A DNA stretch of 64,000 nucleotides from Candidatus Altiarchaeales archaeon (GTDB lineage Archaea; Altiarchaeota; Altiarchaeia; IMC4; SCGC-AAA252-I15): assembly GCA_014727915.1 (NCBI GenBank), contig WJMO01000009.1, positions 32,001-96,000 of the forward strand, in the 5' to 3' direction. This document shows, in pieces, positions 9,181 through 18,118 of this stretch. Within the stretch, counting starts at the first letter, position 1. Every line of letters starts with the position of its first letter. A program made the position numbers and the translations under genes. Under the pieces are notes generated by a model that saw nothing but the letters and a program-made list of their open reading frames with translations, was not told the origin of the DNA and did not search any database.

Positions 9181-10707
9181 ATGCACAACTCCCCTAGGGT
9201 GATCCTACACCCTCTCCTGCTAGCAGCATATCCTGTCCTCTTCCTCTATGGCCAGAACCTCGGGGAAGTCGCATTAGAAGGGCTCGTCATCCCCCTCACA
9301 TTTGCGTTCGCCGTTCTCTCCGTCTCCTATTCCCTGTTCTTTCTCCACTTCAGGGAAATGGAAAGAACGTCCTTGATGACGTCCCTGTTTCTCGTTATCT
9401 TCTTCTTTTCGGGTATTTTCGCCGAACTGCTGTCTAAATACGCTCCCTTACTATACCTTGGTGAAACTGTAATACCCCACCAGTTCATCCTTGTTTTTTT
9501 CAGCGCTGCCTTCTTGACACTCTCCCTCTCTCTTCTTTCAGGGCATAAAGGGGATTTAAAGCCAATAACCTTCTATTTTAATCTTCTAGCATCCACTCTG
9601 GCGTTGTTGAATCTTCTTACTGTCGTTCCTTTTTTGCTTTCCACCAGCCTTAACGGTTCCCAGTCCTCCCCGACAGGCTTGCATCCTGAAGCCGAATGCA
9701 CTGGAGCATGTCCAGACATATATTACATAATCCTGGATGCATACCCGCGAGACGACGTTCTGAGGGAGAGTTTTGGGTTTGAAAACGGGCCCTTCATAGA
9801 CTCCCTATCCTCCAGGGGATTCTATGTCGCGTCCGACTCGAGGAGCAACTATGCAAATAGCTATCAGTCCCTATCATCCTCTCTAAACATGGATTATCTG
9901 GATGCACTAGTCGATAGCATGAAAAGCGCTTCTATGAACCGTTATATGGTCTATGAGATGATCAAGGAAAACAAGGTCCAGGGTTATCTAGAGTCCAAAG
10001 GCTACGTAATCATCAATTTCAGGTCTGGCTGGGGTCCAACGGATGATATGGGCGATTCAGACATTCAGCTAAGCCCTTTTGACTTCCGCGAGAACAACGA
10101 ATTCTTTGTTGTTCTGCTGCAAAACACTGTTTTGGCCCCTGCAATAGAGCAGGTTATATGGGACTCTAGGAGGGAGAACATCTTATACGCTTTCGATAAC
10201 CTAGGCGGAGTTGCTGACATGCCTGAATCCACCTTCACATTTGCTCACATACTCTGCCCGCACCCTCCCTTCCTATTCGATGAGGATGGCAGTCTCCCCT
10301 CATCAGATGCTGGTTTGAGCCTCGATGATCTCATGGCGGGTCAGGTGTCCTTTGTCAACAGGAAGGTCTCTGATGCTGTTGACGAGATACTGTCCAAGTC
10401 GGATGAGCCTCCGGTGATCATCTTGCAGGCTGATCACGGTACCGGACTGCTCGGATCAAACAGTGTTTGCATGTTAAAACCTTCAAGCATATATTCTGTG
10501 AATGAGAGTGAACTGGAGGACCGGATGAAGATATTGAACGCCTATCTTCTGCCTGGGGGCGGGAGCGAAGGGCTGTACGAGTCTATCTCTCCCGTGAACT
10601 CTTTTAGGGTTGTTTTCAACCGCTACTTCCATGAGAACCTCACTCTCCTGGAGGATAGGAGCTTCATATCCTGCGACAGTGACACTTTCAATTTCAGAGA
10701 ACTATGA
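9181..10707 (+). CDS. Membrane-anchored alkaline-phosphatase/sulfatase-superfamily protein, paralog 1
   Basis: About five N-terminal TMs; PDIYYIILDAY, HILCPHPPF, IILQADHG, SPVNSFR. Confidence 0.85.
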   Translation: MHNSPRVILHPLLLAAYPVLFLYGQNLGEVALEGLVIPLTFAFAVLSVSYSLFFLHFREMERTSLMTSLFLVIFFFSGIFAELLSKYAPLLYLGETVIPHQFILVFFSAAFLTLSLSLLSGHKGDLKPITFYFNLLASTLALLNLLTVVPFLLSTSLNGSQSSPTGLHPEAECTGACPDIYYIILDAYPRDDVLRESFGFENGPFIDSLSSRGFYVASDSRSNYANSYQSLSSSLNMDYLDALVDSMKSASMNRYMVYEMIKENKVQGYLESKGYVIINFRSGWGPTDDMGDSDIQLSPFDFRENNEFFVVLLQNTVLAPAIEQVIWDSRRENILYAFDNLGGVADMPESTFTFAHILCPHPPFLFDEDGSLPSSDAGLSLDDLMAGQVSFVNRKVSDAVDEILSKSDEPPVIILQADHGTGLLGSNSVCMLKPSSIYSVNESELEDRMKILNAYLLPGGGSEGLYESISPVNSFRVVFNRYFHENLTLLEDRSFISCDSDTFNFREL

Positions 10708-12161
10708 TGAAAAATGAGAAAAGCGATTAGGACTATCATTCACCCGATAATATTCGGTTTGTACCCTGTCCTGTTCCTCTACGGCGAGAACCTAGGGGAG
10801 GTCGCATCATACGATCTGCTGCTTCCCCTGGCTTTCTCGTTGGCCCTCGTCATCTCCTTTCTCGGGTGTTTTTGGGTTCTCTTAAGGGACATGGACAAGT
10901 CTGCGGCTATGTCCTCATTGTCTCTGATATTCTTCTTCTTCTACTCGGGGTTTTCCGAATTTGCATCATCACATCTGCCTCTGATAGTCAGCACCAACAT
11001 AGTATTGCACCCCTACTACATCGTGAACTTTTTCAGCGCTGCATTCTTGACCCTGTCCTTTATCCTGTTGAGGGATTACAAGGGGGGGCTCGGACCTTTA
11101 ACAACATTCTTCAATGTTATAGCATCTATTCTGCTGGTTTTCAATCTGATCGATGTTGTCCCGTTTATTCTGTCTGAGGATGTCCGGAGGGGAGTCGATA
11201 ACCCCGGGGATGTCCACGTTATATCTGGCAAATCCATGCCTGACATCTACTACATCATCTTGGACGGCTATTCCAGGGATGATGTCCTGTTGGAGTCCCT
11301 TGGCCACAACAACAGCGGATTCTCAGACGAGCTTCGGGCTAGGGGGTTCTACGTTGCTGACAAGTCAATGAGCAACTATGCGACCACTTTCCTCTCATTG
11401 CCGTCCTCCCTGAACATGAAATACATCGATCACGTCTCTTCGAACACAACTCGTCTCCCTCATGATCTTAGCATGGCCTACAACCTGATAAGGGACAATG
11501 AAGTTCAGAAATATCTTAAGTCAAAGGGCTACACGATAGTCAATTTTCGTTCCAGCTGGGGTCCGACAGATGACATTAGAAGTGCGGATTTGCAGCTGAG
11601 CTTCTCGCAATTCAGAGAGAACAACGACTTCTTCCTTGTTTTGCTGCAGACCACTGCCTTATCACCGTTTATTGAACACATCATCTGGGATTTTAGACGT
11701 AATAACATACTCTACGTCTTTGATGAGCTGTCCGATGTCGCTCTCATGCCCGAGCCCACATTCACGTTATCTCATGTCCTATGCCCCCATGCTCCCTTCC
11801 TCTTTGACCGTGATGGGGGGGTGCCTGTCCAAACTATGGACTCTCGCGAGCTCTATGTGGGACAGCTCGTATACGTGAACAAAAGAGTATTAGGCGTTGT
11901 TGACGAGATACTGTCCAAGTCGGATGAGCCTCCGGTGATCATCTTGCAGGCGGACCATGGCGCAGGCATATTGGGGTTCAACAATGCATGTGTGAACAAC
12001 CCGTTAGATAACAGAAACTATGACGATAAAATGGTCGAGGACCGGGTTAAGATATTGAACGCCTATCTTCTGCCTGGGGGCGGGAGCGAAGGGCTGTACG
12101 AGTCTATCTCTCCCGTGAACTCTTTTAGGGTTGTTTTCAACCGCTACTTCCATGAGAACCT
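10377..12161. repeat. Identical blocks shared by the two paralogs: 54 bp (10377-10430 = 11898-11951) and 113 bp (10528-10640 = 12049-12161)
   Basis: Direct base comparison; both blocks at the same 1521-bp offset. Confidence 0.9.
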
Positions 12162-12243
12162 TACGATGCTCGAGGACCGGAGTTATTTCTCATGTGGTCG
12201 GAACCCATTCGACTTCAGGGAGGTGGAGCACACAACTGCCTGA
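10714..12243 (+). CDS. Membrane-anchored alkaline-phosphatase/sulfatase-superfamily protein, paralog 2
   Basis: Same architecture; PDIYYIILDGY, HVLCPHAPF, IILQADHG. Confidence 0.85.
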   Translation: MRKAIRTIIHPIIFGLYPVLFLYGENLGEVASYDLLLPLAFSLALVISFLGCFWVLLRDMDKSAAMSSLSLIFFFFYSGFSEFASSHLPLIVSTNIVLHPYYIVNFFSAAFLTLSFILLRDYKGGLGPLTTFFNVIASILLVFNLIDVVPFILSEDVRRGVDNPGDVHVISGKSMPDIYYIILDGYSRDDVLLESLGHNNSGFSDELRARGFYVADKSMSNYATTFLSLPSSLNMKYIDHVSSNTTRLPHDLSMAYNLIRDNEVQKYLKSKGYTIVNFRSSWGPTDDIRSADLQLSFSQFRENNDFFLVLLQTTALSPFIEHIIWDFRRNNILYVFDELSDVALMPEPTFTLSHVLCPHAPFLFDRDGGVPVQTMDSRELYVGQLVYVNKRVLGVVDEILSKSDEPPVIILQADHGAGILGFNNACVNNPLDNRNYDDKMVEDRVKILNAYLLPGGGSEGLYESISPVNSFRVVFNRYFHENLTMLEDRSYFSCGRNPFDFREVEHTTA

Positions 12244-12253
12244 GCCAATCCTA

Positions 12254-12832
12254 TCACTCTTCGTCGTAGTCTGTGTCGTCCACGACGCATCCTTCTCCTG
12301 GCACGCACCTCTCCTGGTCCGTGCATTTCCTTATTATCTTCTGCTCCTGCTTGACCTTGCAGCAGCTGTCATCGCATATGGGCGTTGATTCGATCCGGTA
12401 CATGCCGTTGCTGCTGCACTTGAACTCGCTGTACTCGGGCTGTCCGCAGTCGCTGTCCGCGGTGCACGGGTCGCATTTCGGAACGTGCAATGTGGTTGTG
12501 GTGACGGCCGCGCCGCCGTCGTCGCTGAGCCCGCACTGTATCTTGCACTGGTCGCAGTCGCATTTCCGGTATATGAAGTCTGTCTTATTGCATGGGGGGC
12601 ACACTACCTGGCTCTCCCCGTCAGCTTCCGATATGATCGGGCACTCGTCCTTGCTGTCCTTGGTGGTGCCGTCCGAGCACACGTACTTGTTCACGGTCTT
12701 CTCCACCACCTGGTCCTTTCCTTCCGGCTTGAGGAACCAGACGCTGGACCCACCGAACAGTATGCCCAGTAGGAGGGCGATCACGATCAGAACCGCCACT
12801 AGCATGGCCTCTACTTTCGACATCTTAGACAT
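12254..12832 (-). CDS. Membrane-anchored Cys-rich extracellular protein
   Basis: N-terminal TM; YVCSDG motif, many Cys, short Thr linker. Confidence 0.75.
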   Translation of the reverse strand: MSKMSKVEAMLVAVLIVIALLLGILFGGSSVWFLKPEGKDQVVEKTVNKYVCSDGTTKDSKDECPIISEADGESQVVCPPCNKTDFIYRKCDCDQCKIQCGLSDDGGAAVTTTTLHVPKCDPCTADSDCGQPEYSEFKCSSNGMYRIESTPICDDSCCKVKQEQKIIRKCTDQERCVPGEGCVVDDTDYDEE

Positions 12833-12860
12833 AGATATAAGCCTAATACCTTAAAAAATA

Positions 12861-13490
12861 CTATCTCCTAATGGCCTCTACTATCCTTCTGCCGTATTCT
12901 TCGGCTGCCTGAGGGCCTGAGGCGGTTATGACCTTCCCATCAGTTACAACGTCCTCTTTCACGTATTCGGCGCCGCCGGCATCCAAAGCCTGGACGGTCT
13001 CCGGCGTCTCGAAGACGGTGGCTTTCCTGCCGTCCAATACGCCGGCCTTCGCCAATACCGCGCCTGAGAGGCATATGCCTGCAACGACCTTCCCGTCGTC
13101 ATATGACCCTTTCAGGATGTTCCTCAGGTCTGTGTCGTCCCAGAGGTATTCCCTGCTGCCTCCCCCGCCCGCGACAACTACCGCATCATAGTCTGCTGGG
13201 TTGGCATCGCCTATCCTCAGGTCCGCTTCGACCTCAGCTCCTAACATGCCGGTGGACACGCCCCCCATGGGGCTTGCTGTAACAACCTCCGCTCCAGCAT
13301 CCTCAAGAATGTCCTTTGGGACCAGGTACTCCTCGTCCCGGAAGTTCTCCTGCGCTATAACATACAGTACTCTCACTTCTATCACCTCATCAACTTCTGA
13401 AAGCTCAATCGATCCGGCGTCGTCGACCTTGCTAGCTGCTGTCAGGCACCCGCATACCAGGCAGGCTAAGACCACGATCAACGCTTTCAT
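12861..13490 (-). CDS. DJ-1/PfpI family protein with lipoprotein-like signal
   Basis: FRDEEY, YDAVVVAGGGG, AGICLSG, VITASGP; N-terminal LVCGC. Confidence 0.9.
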   Translation of the reverse strand: MKALIVVLACLVCGCLTAASKVDDAGSIELSEVDEVIEVRVLYVIAQENFRDEEYLVPKDILEDAGAEVVTASPMGGVSTGMLGAEVEADLRIGDANPADYDAVVVAGGGGSREYLWDDTDLRNILKGSYDDGKVVAGICLSGAVLAKAGVLDGRKATVFETPETVQALDAGGAEYVKEDVVTDGKVITASGPQAAEEYGRRIVEAIRR

Positions 13491-13525
13491 ACATTATATA
13501 TGCCTTTAATAATTGTAATAAGACA

Positions 13526-14224
13526 GTGGACCGGAGTATCGCTTTCACCTTGTGGATCGTGTCGGGCGTCATATTGGCTGCTCTGGTCTTCACAGGACAT
13601 GAGGAGGCTGTCGAGATGAGCTCAGATTCGGATGATATTGTGCTTCCCGAACCCGCCAGTTCAGGGAGCGTCTCAGTGGAAGAGGCAATCGCGAAAAGGC
13701 GTTCTGTGCGTAAATACAGCGGAGAACCCCTGTCACTCTCCGAGCTCTCGCAGATGCTATGGGCCGCCCAGGGAGTAACCTCACAGTGGGGCGGGCGGGC
13801 CGCCCCCTCGGCGGGCGGGACATACCCCCTTGAAGCCTACGCGGTCGTCGGAGATGTTGAAGGAGCCTCGCCCGGAGTCTACAGGTATGTGCCCGGGGAG
13901 AAAACCTTAAGGCTGGCGGTTGACGGCGACGTCAGGTCCGAGCTTGCGGAGGCAGCCCTCGGCCAGTCCATGATCTCAGAGGCGCCTGCGATCATCGTGA
14001 TATCCGCGGTCTATGAGAGGACTACTGGGAGGTACGGGGATAGGGGCGTGATGTACGTGCACATGGAAGCAGGCCACGCGGGCCAGAACATCTACCTCCA
14101 GGCCGAGTCCCTGGGATTGGGGACGGTCGCAGTAGGCGCATTCAGGCCCCGCCAGGTCTCCCAGATACTGGGACTCCCAGAGGATGAGGAGCCGATATAC
14201 ATGTATCCCATAGGCAGAAGATAG
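13526..14224 (+). CDS. SagB/ThcOx-family nitroreductase-like dehydrogenase
   Basis: KRRSVRKY, LWAAQG, RAAPSAGGTYPLE, EAGHAGQNIYL. Confidence 0.9.
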   Translation: MDRSIAFTLWIVSGVILAALVFTGHEEAVEMSSDSDDIVLPEPASSGSVSVEEAIAKRRSVRKYSGEPLSLSELSQMLWAAQGVTSQWGGRAAPSAGGTYPLEAYAVVGDVEGASPGVYRYVPGEKTLRLAVDGDVRSELAEAALGQSMISEAPAIIVISAVYERTTGRYGDRGVMYVHMEAGHAGQNIYLQAESLGLGTVAVGAFRPRQVSQILGLPEDEEPIYMYPIGRR

Positions 14225-14248
14225 ACAGGAGCTGATCGACAGTAAACC

Positions 14249-16135
14249 CTATATGAGCCTTATGCTGTCCAGGTTCTTCGGGGCGGTGGCCTCAAAGCCG
14301 AACATGTCATACAATGTCATGGACAGGTTCATGGTCTTGCTGGCCTCGCCGTGCATGATGATCGCCCTCTTGGGCTTGGGGTTTATCTTCTTCGAGTAGC
14401 CCAGCAGCTGCCGCCTGTCCGCGTGGCCGCTGAACCCGTCCACGGTCTGAACGTTGAGGTTGACTTTTATGCCGCGCGTCTTCCCGCCGTCCTCCAAGGC
14501 CACCTCGTTAACCCCGTTCTGTATCCTCCGGCCCAGGCTGCCCTCAGCCTGGTATCCCACGAAGGCGATGGTGTTCCTGTTATCCTCTGCGAAGGCCTTG
14601 AAGTACTCCACACTCGGCCCTCCGGTCATCATGCCTGATGTCGCGAGTATAACGCAGGGGTCGGGGTTCTTTATGATGTCCGGCCGCTTCTTATGCTCGA
14701 CCTTCTCGAACGCGTCCACGAGGAACGGGTTGTAGCCGTTGAATATCCTGTGCTTGATGTGCTTCTTCAAGTACTCAGGGTATGAAGTGTGTATGGCAGT
14801 TGCCTCCCAGATCATCCCGTCAAGGTATACTGGAACGTCCAGGTCTCCGAAGCGGTAGGCGTTCTCCAAAACCATCATCACCTCCTGGCTCCTGCCCACG
14901 CTGAAGACCGGGATCAACACCTTCCCCTTCCTGTTTATGGTCTTCTTGATCGTGTCGATTAGAACGGTCTCCGCGTCGCGCCTCTTGGGCTGAGTGTCAT
15001 ATCTGCCGCCGTAGGTCGACTCCATGATCAGGGTCTCAACCCTGGGGAAGTCGTAGTTTGCGGCCTCCAAAAGCCGGGTGTCTCCGAACTTGAAGTCCCC
15101 GGTGTAGACCATGTTGTGCAAGCCCTCGCCGATGTGGAAGTGGCAGACGCTCGAACCCAAGATATGCCCCGCGTTGTATAGGGTAAGATGTATGTCTGGT
15201 GTGATGTCCGCGACCTCATTGTACTCCAAGGGGATGGTGTGCTTTATCATCTCCCGCACCTCCTTGCTCCCGAAGGGAAGCTCGTTCTGCCCCTTAACGC
15301 CGATCTCGACCGCGTCCAACACCAGCAAAGCCATAAGGTCCCTCGTCGGCTCGGTGCAGTAGATGGGACCGTCATAGCCGTACTTGTACAGGTAGGGCAC
15401 GAAACCGCAGTGGTCCAGGTGGGCGTGTGAGACGACAACAGCGTCCAACTCGCTTATGGCCAGCTTGACAGCCCTGAAATCGGGGAAACGGTCCGTATCA
15501 GAGGCTGCGACGTTTATGCCGCAGTCTATGAGCACGTTGCTAGCCGGCGTCTGCAACAGCACACACGACCTGCCGACCTGCTGGGCGCCTCCCAATGGGG
15601 TGACCCTTATCCAATCACAGTCGGCGTCCGGCTTCCGGTATATCTTCTTGCCCACGTTCCGGAGTATCTTCTGCCGCTCCTTGCTGTTGTCGAACAATGT
15701 CTTACGTATGCTCCTAACGGTCTCAGACTGCAAGGGCGGCTTCCTCAACAGCTTGGGAGTCCACCGAATCCTCTTTGTGATCTCCTCAAGGGTGTTTCCG
15801 TGCTTGCCGATCACAAGGCCAAGCTTCTCAGCCTCTATCCTCACCTCTCCGAAGTTCTCGTCGAACTCGATATCGACGATGTTGGCCTCTTCAGGTATGA
15901 TCTCCTCTATTACCTTCTTGGCTTCCACCGGGTCCATGACGGAATCCGGGGTGCTGCGCACTATTATCCTCTTCTTGAGGGATGTGGCCAGGTTCCTCAC
16001 TTCGCTGCTGTTCTCAACGAAATATGTCATGTCATTAGTGTATAGTATGACCTTGGGGCCTTCCACGTCAACCTTAACGATCTTGCCTTCAGGCGCTGTC
16101 TCGTCTACTATCGCCTGTATCTCCTTGAATTCCAT
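14249..16135 (-). CDS. fttA: Archaeal KH/beta-CASP ribonuclease aCPSF1 (transcription termination factor FttA)
   Basis: KH domains, SHAHLDHCG, AGHILGS, ESTYG, GFSGH; conserved pairing with psmB. Confidence 0.95.
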   Translation of the reverse strand: MEFKEIQAIVDETAPEGKIVKVDVEGPKVILYTNDMTYFVENSSEVRNLATSLKKRIIVRSTPDSVMDPVEAKKVIEEIIPEEANIVDIEFDENFGEVRIEAEKLGLVIGKHGNTLEEITKRIRWTPKLLRKPPLQSETVRSIRKTLFDNSKERQKILRNVGKKIYRKPDADCDWIRVTPLGGAQQVGRSCVLLQTPASNVLIDCGINVAASDTDRFPDFRAVKLAISELDAVVVSHAHLDHCGFVPYLYKYGYDGPIYCTEPTRDLMALLVLDAVEIGVKGQNELPFGSKEVREMIKHTIPLEYNEVADITPDIHLTLYNAGHILGSSVCHFHIGEGLHNMVYTGDFKFGDTRLLEAANYDFPRVETLIMESTYGGRYDTQPKRRDAETVLIDTIKKTINRKGKVLIPVFSVGRSQEVMMVLENAYRFGDLDVPVYLDGMIWEATAIHTSYPEYLKKHIKHRIFNGYNPFLVDAFEKVEHKKRPDIIKNPDPCVILATSGMMTGGPSVEYFKAFAEDNRNTIAFVGYQAEGSLGRRIQNGVNEVALEDGGKTRGIKVNLNVQTVDGFSGHADRRQLLGYSKKINPKPKRAIIMHGEASKTMNLSMTLYDMFGFEATAPKNLDSIRLI

Positions 16136-16205
16136 CGTCTATTTCAGTTAGCAAAGCATGTGTTTTTTTTACAGTCGAGGAATCGACTCGAAATGCCTAT
16201 TTAAA

Positions 16206-16853
16206 CTATTTTCCCAAGAACTTGTCAGACAAGTCCTTCACTTCCTTCTCACTGAACTTCTTGAAACCCGCATCTGTGATGGTCACCAGTTCCATCCCAT
16301 CTCCAGAGTGCGAATCCCTGCTCAACGCAGCCGACAACGCCTTCAACGCGACGGGTATGTTCTCCTCGACGGTCTTGTCCTCCTTGTACTCCAATTCCAT
16401 GACACCGTATGCCATGGGGCTGCCACTGCCTGTCGCAGCCATCTTCTCCTCGATAAGGCCGCCAATCGGGTCCAATGTGAAGATTCTCGACTCACCCTTA
16501 GAGTATCCTCCGATTATCACCTGCACGAGGTAGGGGAATATCTTGTTGCCCTGCAGTATGTTGGCCAAGAGCACGCTAACGGACTCGGTGCCCATCTTCT
16601 CGCCGTTATTCATCTCATAAAGCCGTGATTCCGCCTGGATAAGCCTCATAAGGCTCTCAGCGTCTCCAACGCTCCCGGCTATGGTCGCTCCGACGTTGTC
16701 GTTGATGTTGAAGCTCTTCCTAGCCCTCTTACTCGCTATGAACCCGCCATAACTGGCCCGCTTATCCGTAGCAAACACCACGCCATCACTGCATGTCAAA
16801 GCAATGGTCGTAGTGCCTTTCAAAACCTTAGATTCCAAAGAAACCGCCTCCAA
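16206..16853 (-). CDS. psmB: Proteasome subunit beta
   Basis: LKG|TTT propeptide junction, DKRAS, AGSVGDA, ATGSGS, RDSHSGDG. Confidence 0.95.
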   Translation of the reverse strand: MEAVSLESKVLKGTTTIALTCSDGVVFATDKRASYGGFIASKRARKSFNINDNVGATIAGSVGDAESLMRLIQAESRLYEMNNGEKMGTESVSVLLANILQGNKIFPYLVQVIIGGYSKGESRIFTLDPIGGLIEEKMAATGSGSPMAYGVMELEYKEDKTVEENIPVALKALSAALSRDSHSGDGMELVTITDAGFKKFSEKEVKDLSDKFLGK

Positions 16854-17050
16854 TTAGAAAAAGGCTTGTCTAAAAGACTTGTACAACTATATGTCAACCA
16901 TCCTTTAAAAACATGATGGTGGTGTGATGGGAACCAGAAAAACAGGGATTATGCCTTATTACGGGCCACAGGAGATTTAAAAAACCCCGATCGCTACCTG
17001 AACTGCTTTATTAGCGTCTGATATCAATAGTTTCCATACGATATGGTGTT

Positions 17051-18118
17051 TTGCCGATGTCCAAGTCACCTGGCAGGTCCAAGAAGGCGGGTCTGCCCCC
17101 AGGGTCTCCAGTGCATGTGGGAGAGAGCAAGCCGGGCAAGGTCAAGATCACGGTCTTCGACTACAACGAAACCCATCTGAAAGAGGAGGTGGCGTCGAAG
17201 GTCGAGGAATGCGCACCCTTCAAAAAGGGGAATACTGTCACCTGGATCAACATCGACGGCATACACGACGTCAAATCCATCGAGGCTATGGGGGTGGAAT
17301 TCGGACTGCACCCCCTGCTCGTCGAGGACATCGTGAACACGGACCAGCGTCCTAAGATCGAAGACCATGGAGACTACCTCTTCATAGTCTGCAAGATGCT
17401 ACACCCCGAACCCAAGAATGGCAGGTTCTTATGGGAGCAGGTCAGCATCATATTCGGCTCAAGCTATGTTCTGTCCTTCCAAGAGCATGAAGGGGACGTC
17501 TTCGACCCGATAAGGAACAGGCTCCGGGAGGGAAAACCCATGAGCAGGAAGTCAGGGGCGGACTACCTGGCATACTCGCTGTTGGACGCGATAGTCGACA
17601 ACTACTTCATACTATTGGAGGAACTGGGGGAGCGCATAGATAACCTGGAGGCGAAGGTTGTTTCAGACCCCACTCCAAAGGCCCTGCGGGAGATACAGAA
17701 GCTTAAGAAGGAGATGATATTCCTCCGCAGGAGCGTATGGCCCATGCGAGACGTCATAAGCGGACTGGACCGCAGCGAGTCCAATCTGATACACAAGCCG
17801 ACGAAGGTCTATCTCCGGGACGTATACGACCACACCATACAGGTTATAGACACGATCGAAACATACCGGGACATACTCTCTGTGACTATGGACATATACC
17901 TGTCAAGCATAAGCAACCGCATGAACGAGGTGATGAAGGTGCTGACGATTATAGCCACGATCTTCATACCCCTGACTTTCATCACAGGCTGGTATGGCAT
18001 GAACTTCAGGCACATGCCGGAGCTGGAGTCCCCACTCGGCTATCCGATCGTCTTGGCAATGTCCCTCGTGGTTGCCGTTTCGATGTACCTCTACTTCTAC
18101 AAGAAGAAGTGGCTTTAG
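17051..18118 (+). CDS. corA: Magnesium/cobalt transporter CorA
   Basis: GLPPG, LHPLLVEDI, QRPKIE, YGMNF motif, two C-terminal TMs. Confidence 0.95.
   Translation: MPMSKSPGRSKKAGLPPGSPVHVGESKPGKVKITVFDYNETHLKEEVASKVEECAPFKKGNTVTWINIDGIHDVKSIEAMGVEFGLHPLLVEDIVNTDQRPKIEDHGDYLFIVCKMLHPEPKNGRFLWEQVSIIFGSSYVLSFQEHEGDVFDPIRNRLREGKPMSRKSGADYLAYSLLDAIVDNYFILLEELGERIDNLEAKVVSDPTPKALREIQKLKKEMIFLRRSVWPMRDVISGLDRSESNLIHKPTKVYLRDVYDHTIQVIDTIETYRDILSVTMDIYLSSISNRMNEVMKVLTIIATIFIPLTFITGWYGMNFRHMPELESPLGYPIVLAMSLVVAVSMYLYFYKKKWL

Noticed and set aside
10431-12048. Diversity-generating retroelement TR/VR pair in the sulfatase-like paralogs
   Set aside because: Differences between the copies are not adenine-specific, both copies are in intact genes, and no reverse transcriptase is present.
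13526-14224. Azole-RiPP cluster around the SagB-like gene
   Set aside because: No YcaO or precursor peptide nearby; stand-alone SagB-like nitroreductases are common in archaea.
16161-16188. Intrinsic terminator between psmB and fttA (agtcga-ggaa-tcgact with T-run)
   Set aside because: The T-run is on the non-coding strand and the stem is only 6 bp; insufficient support.
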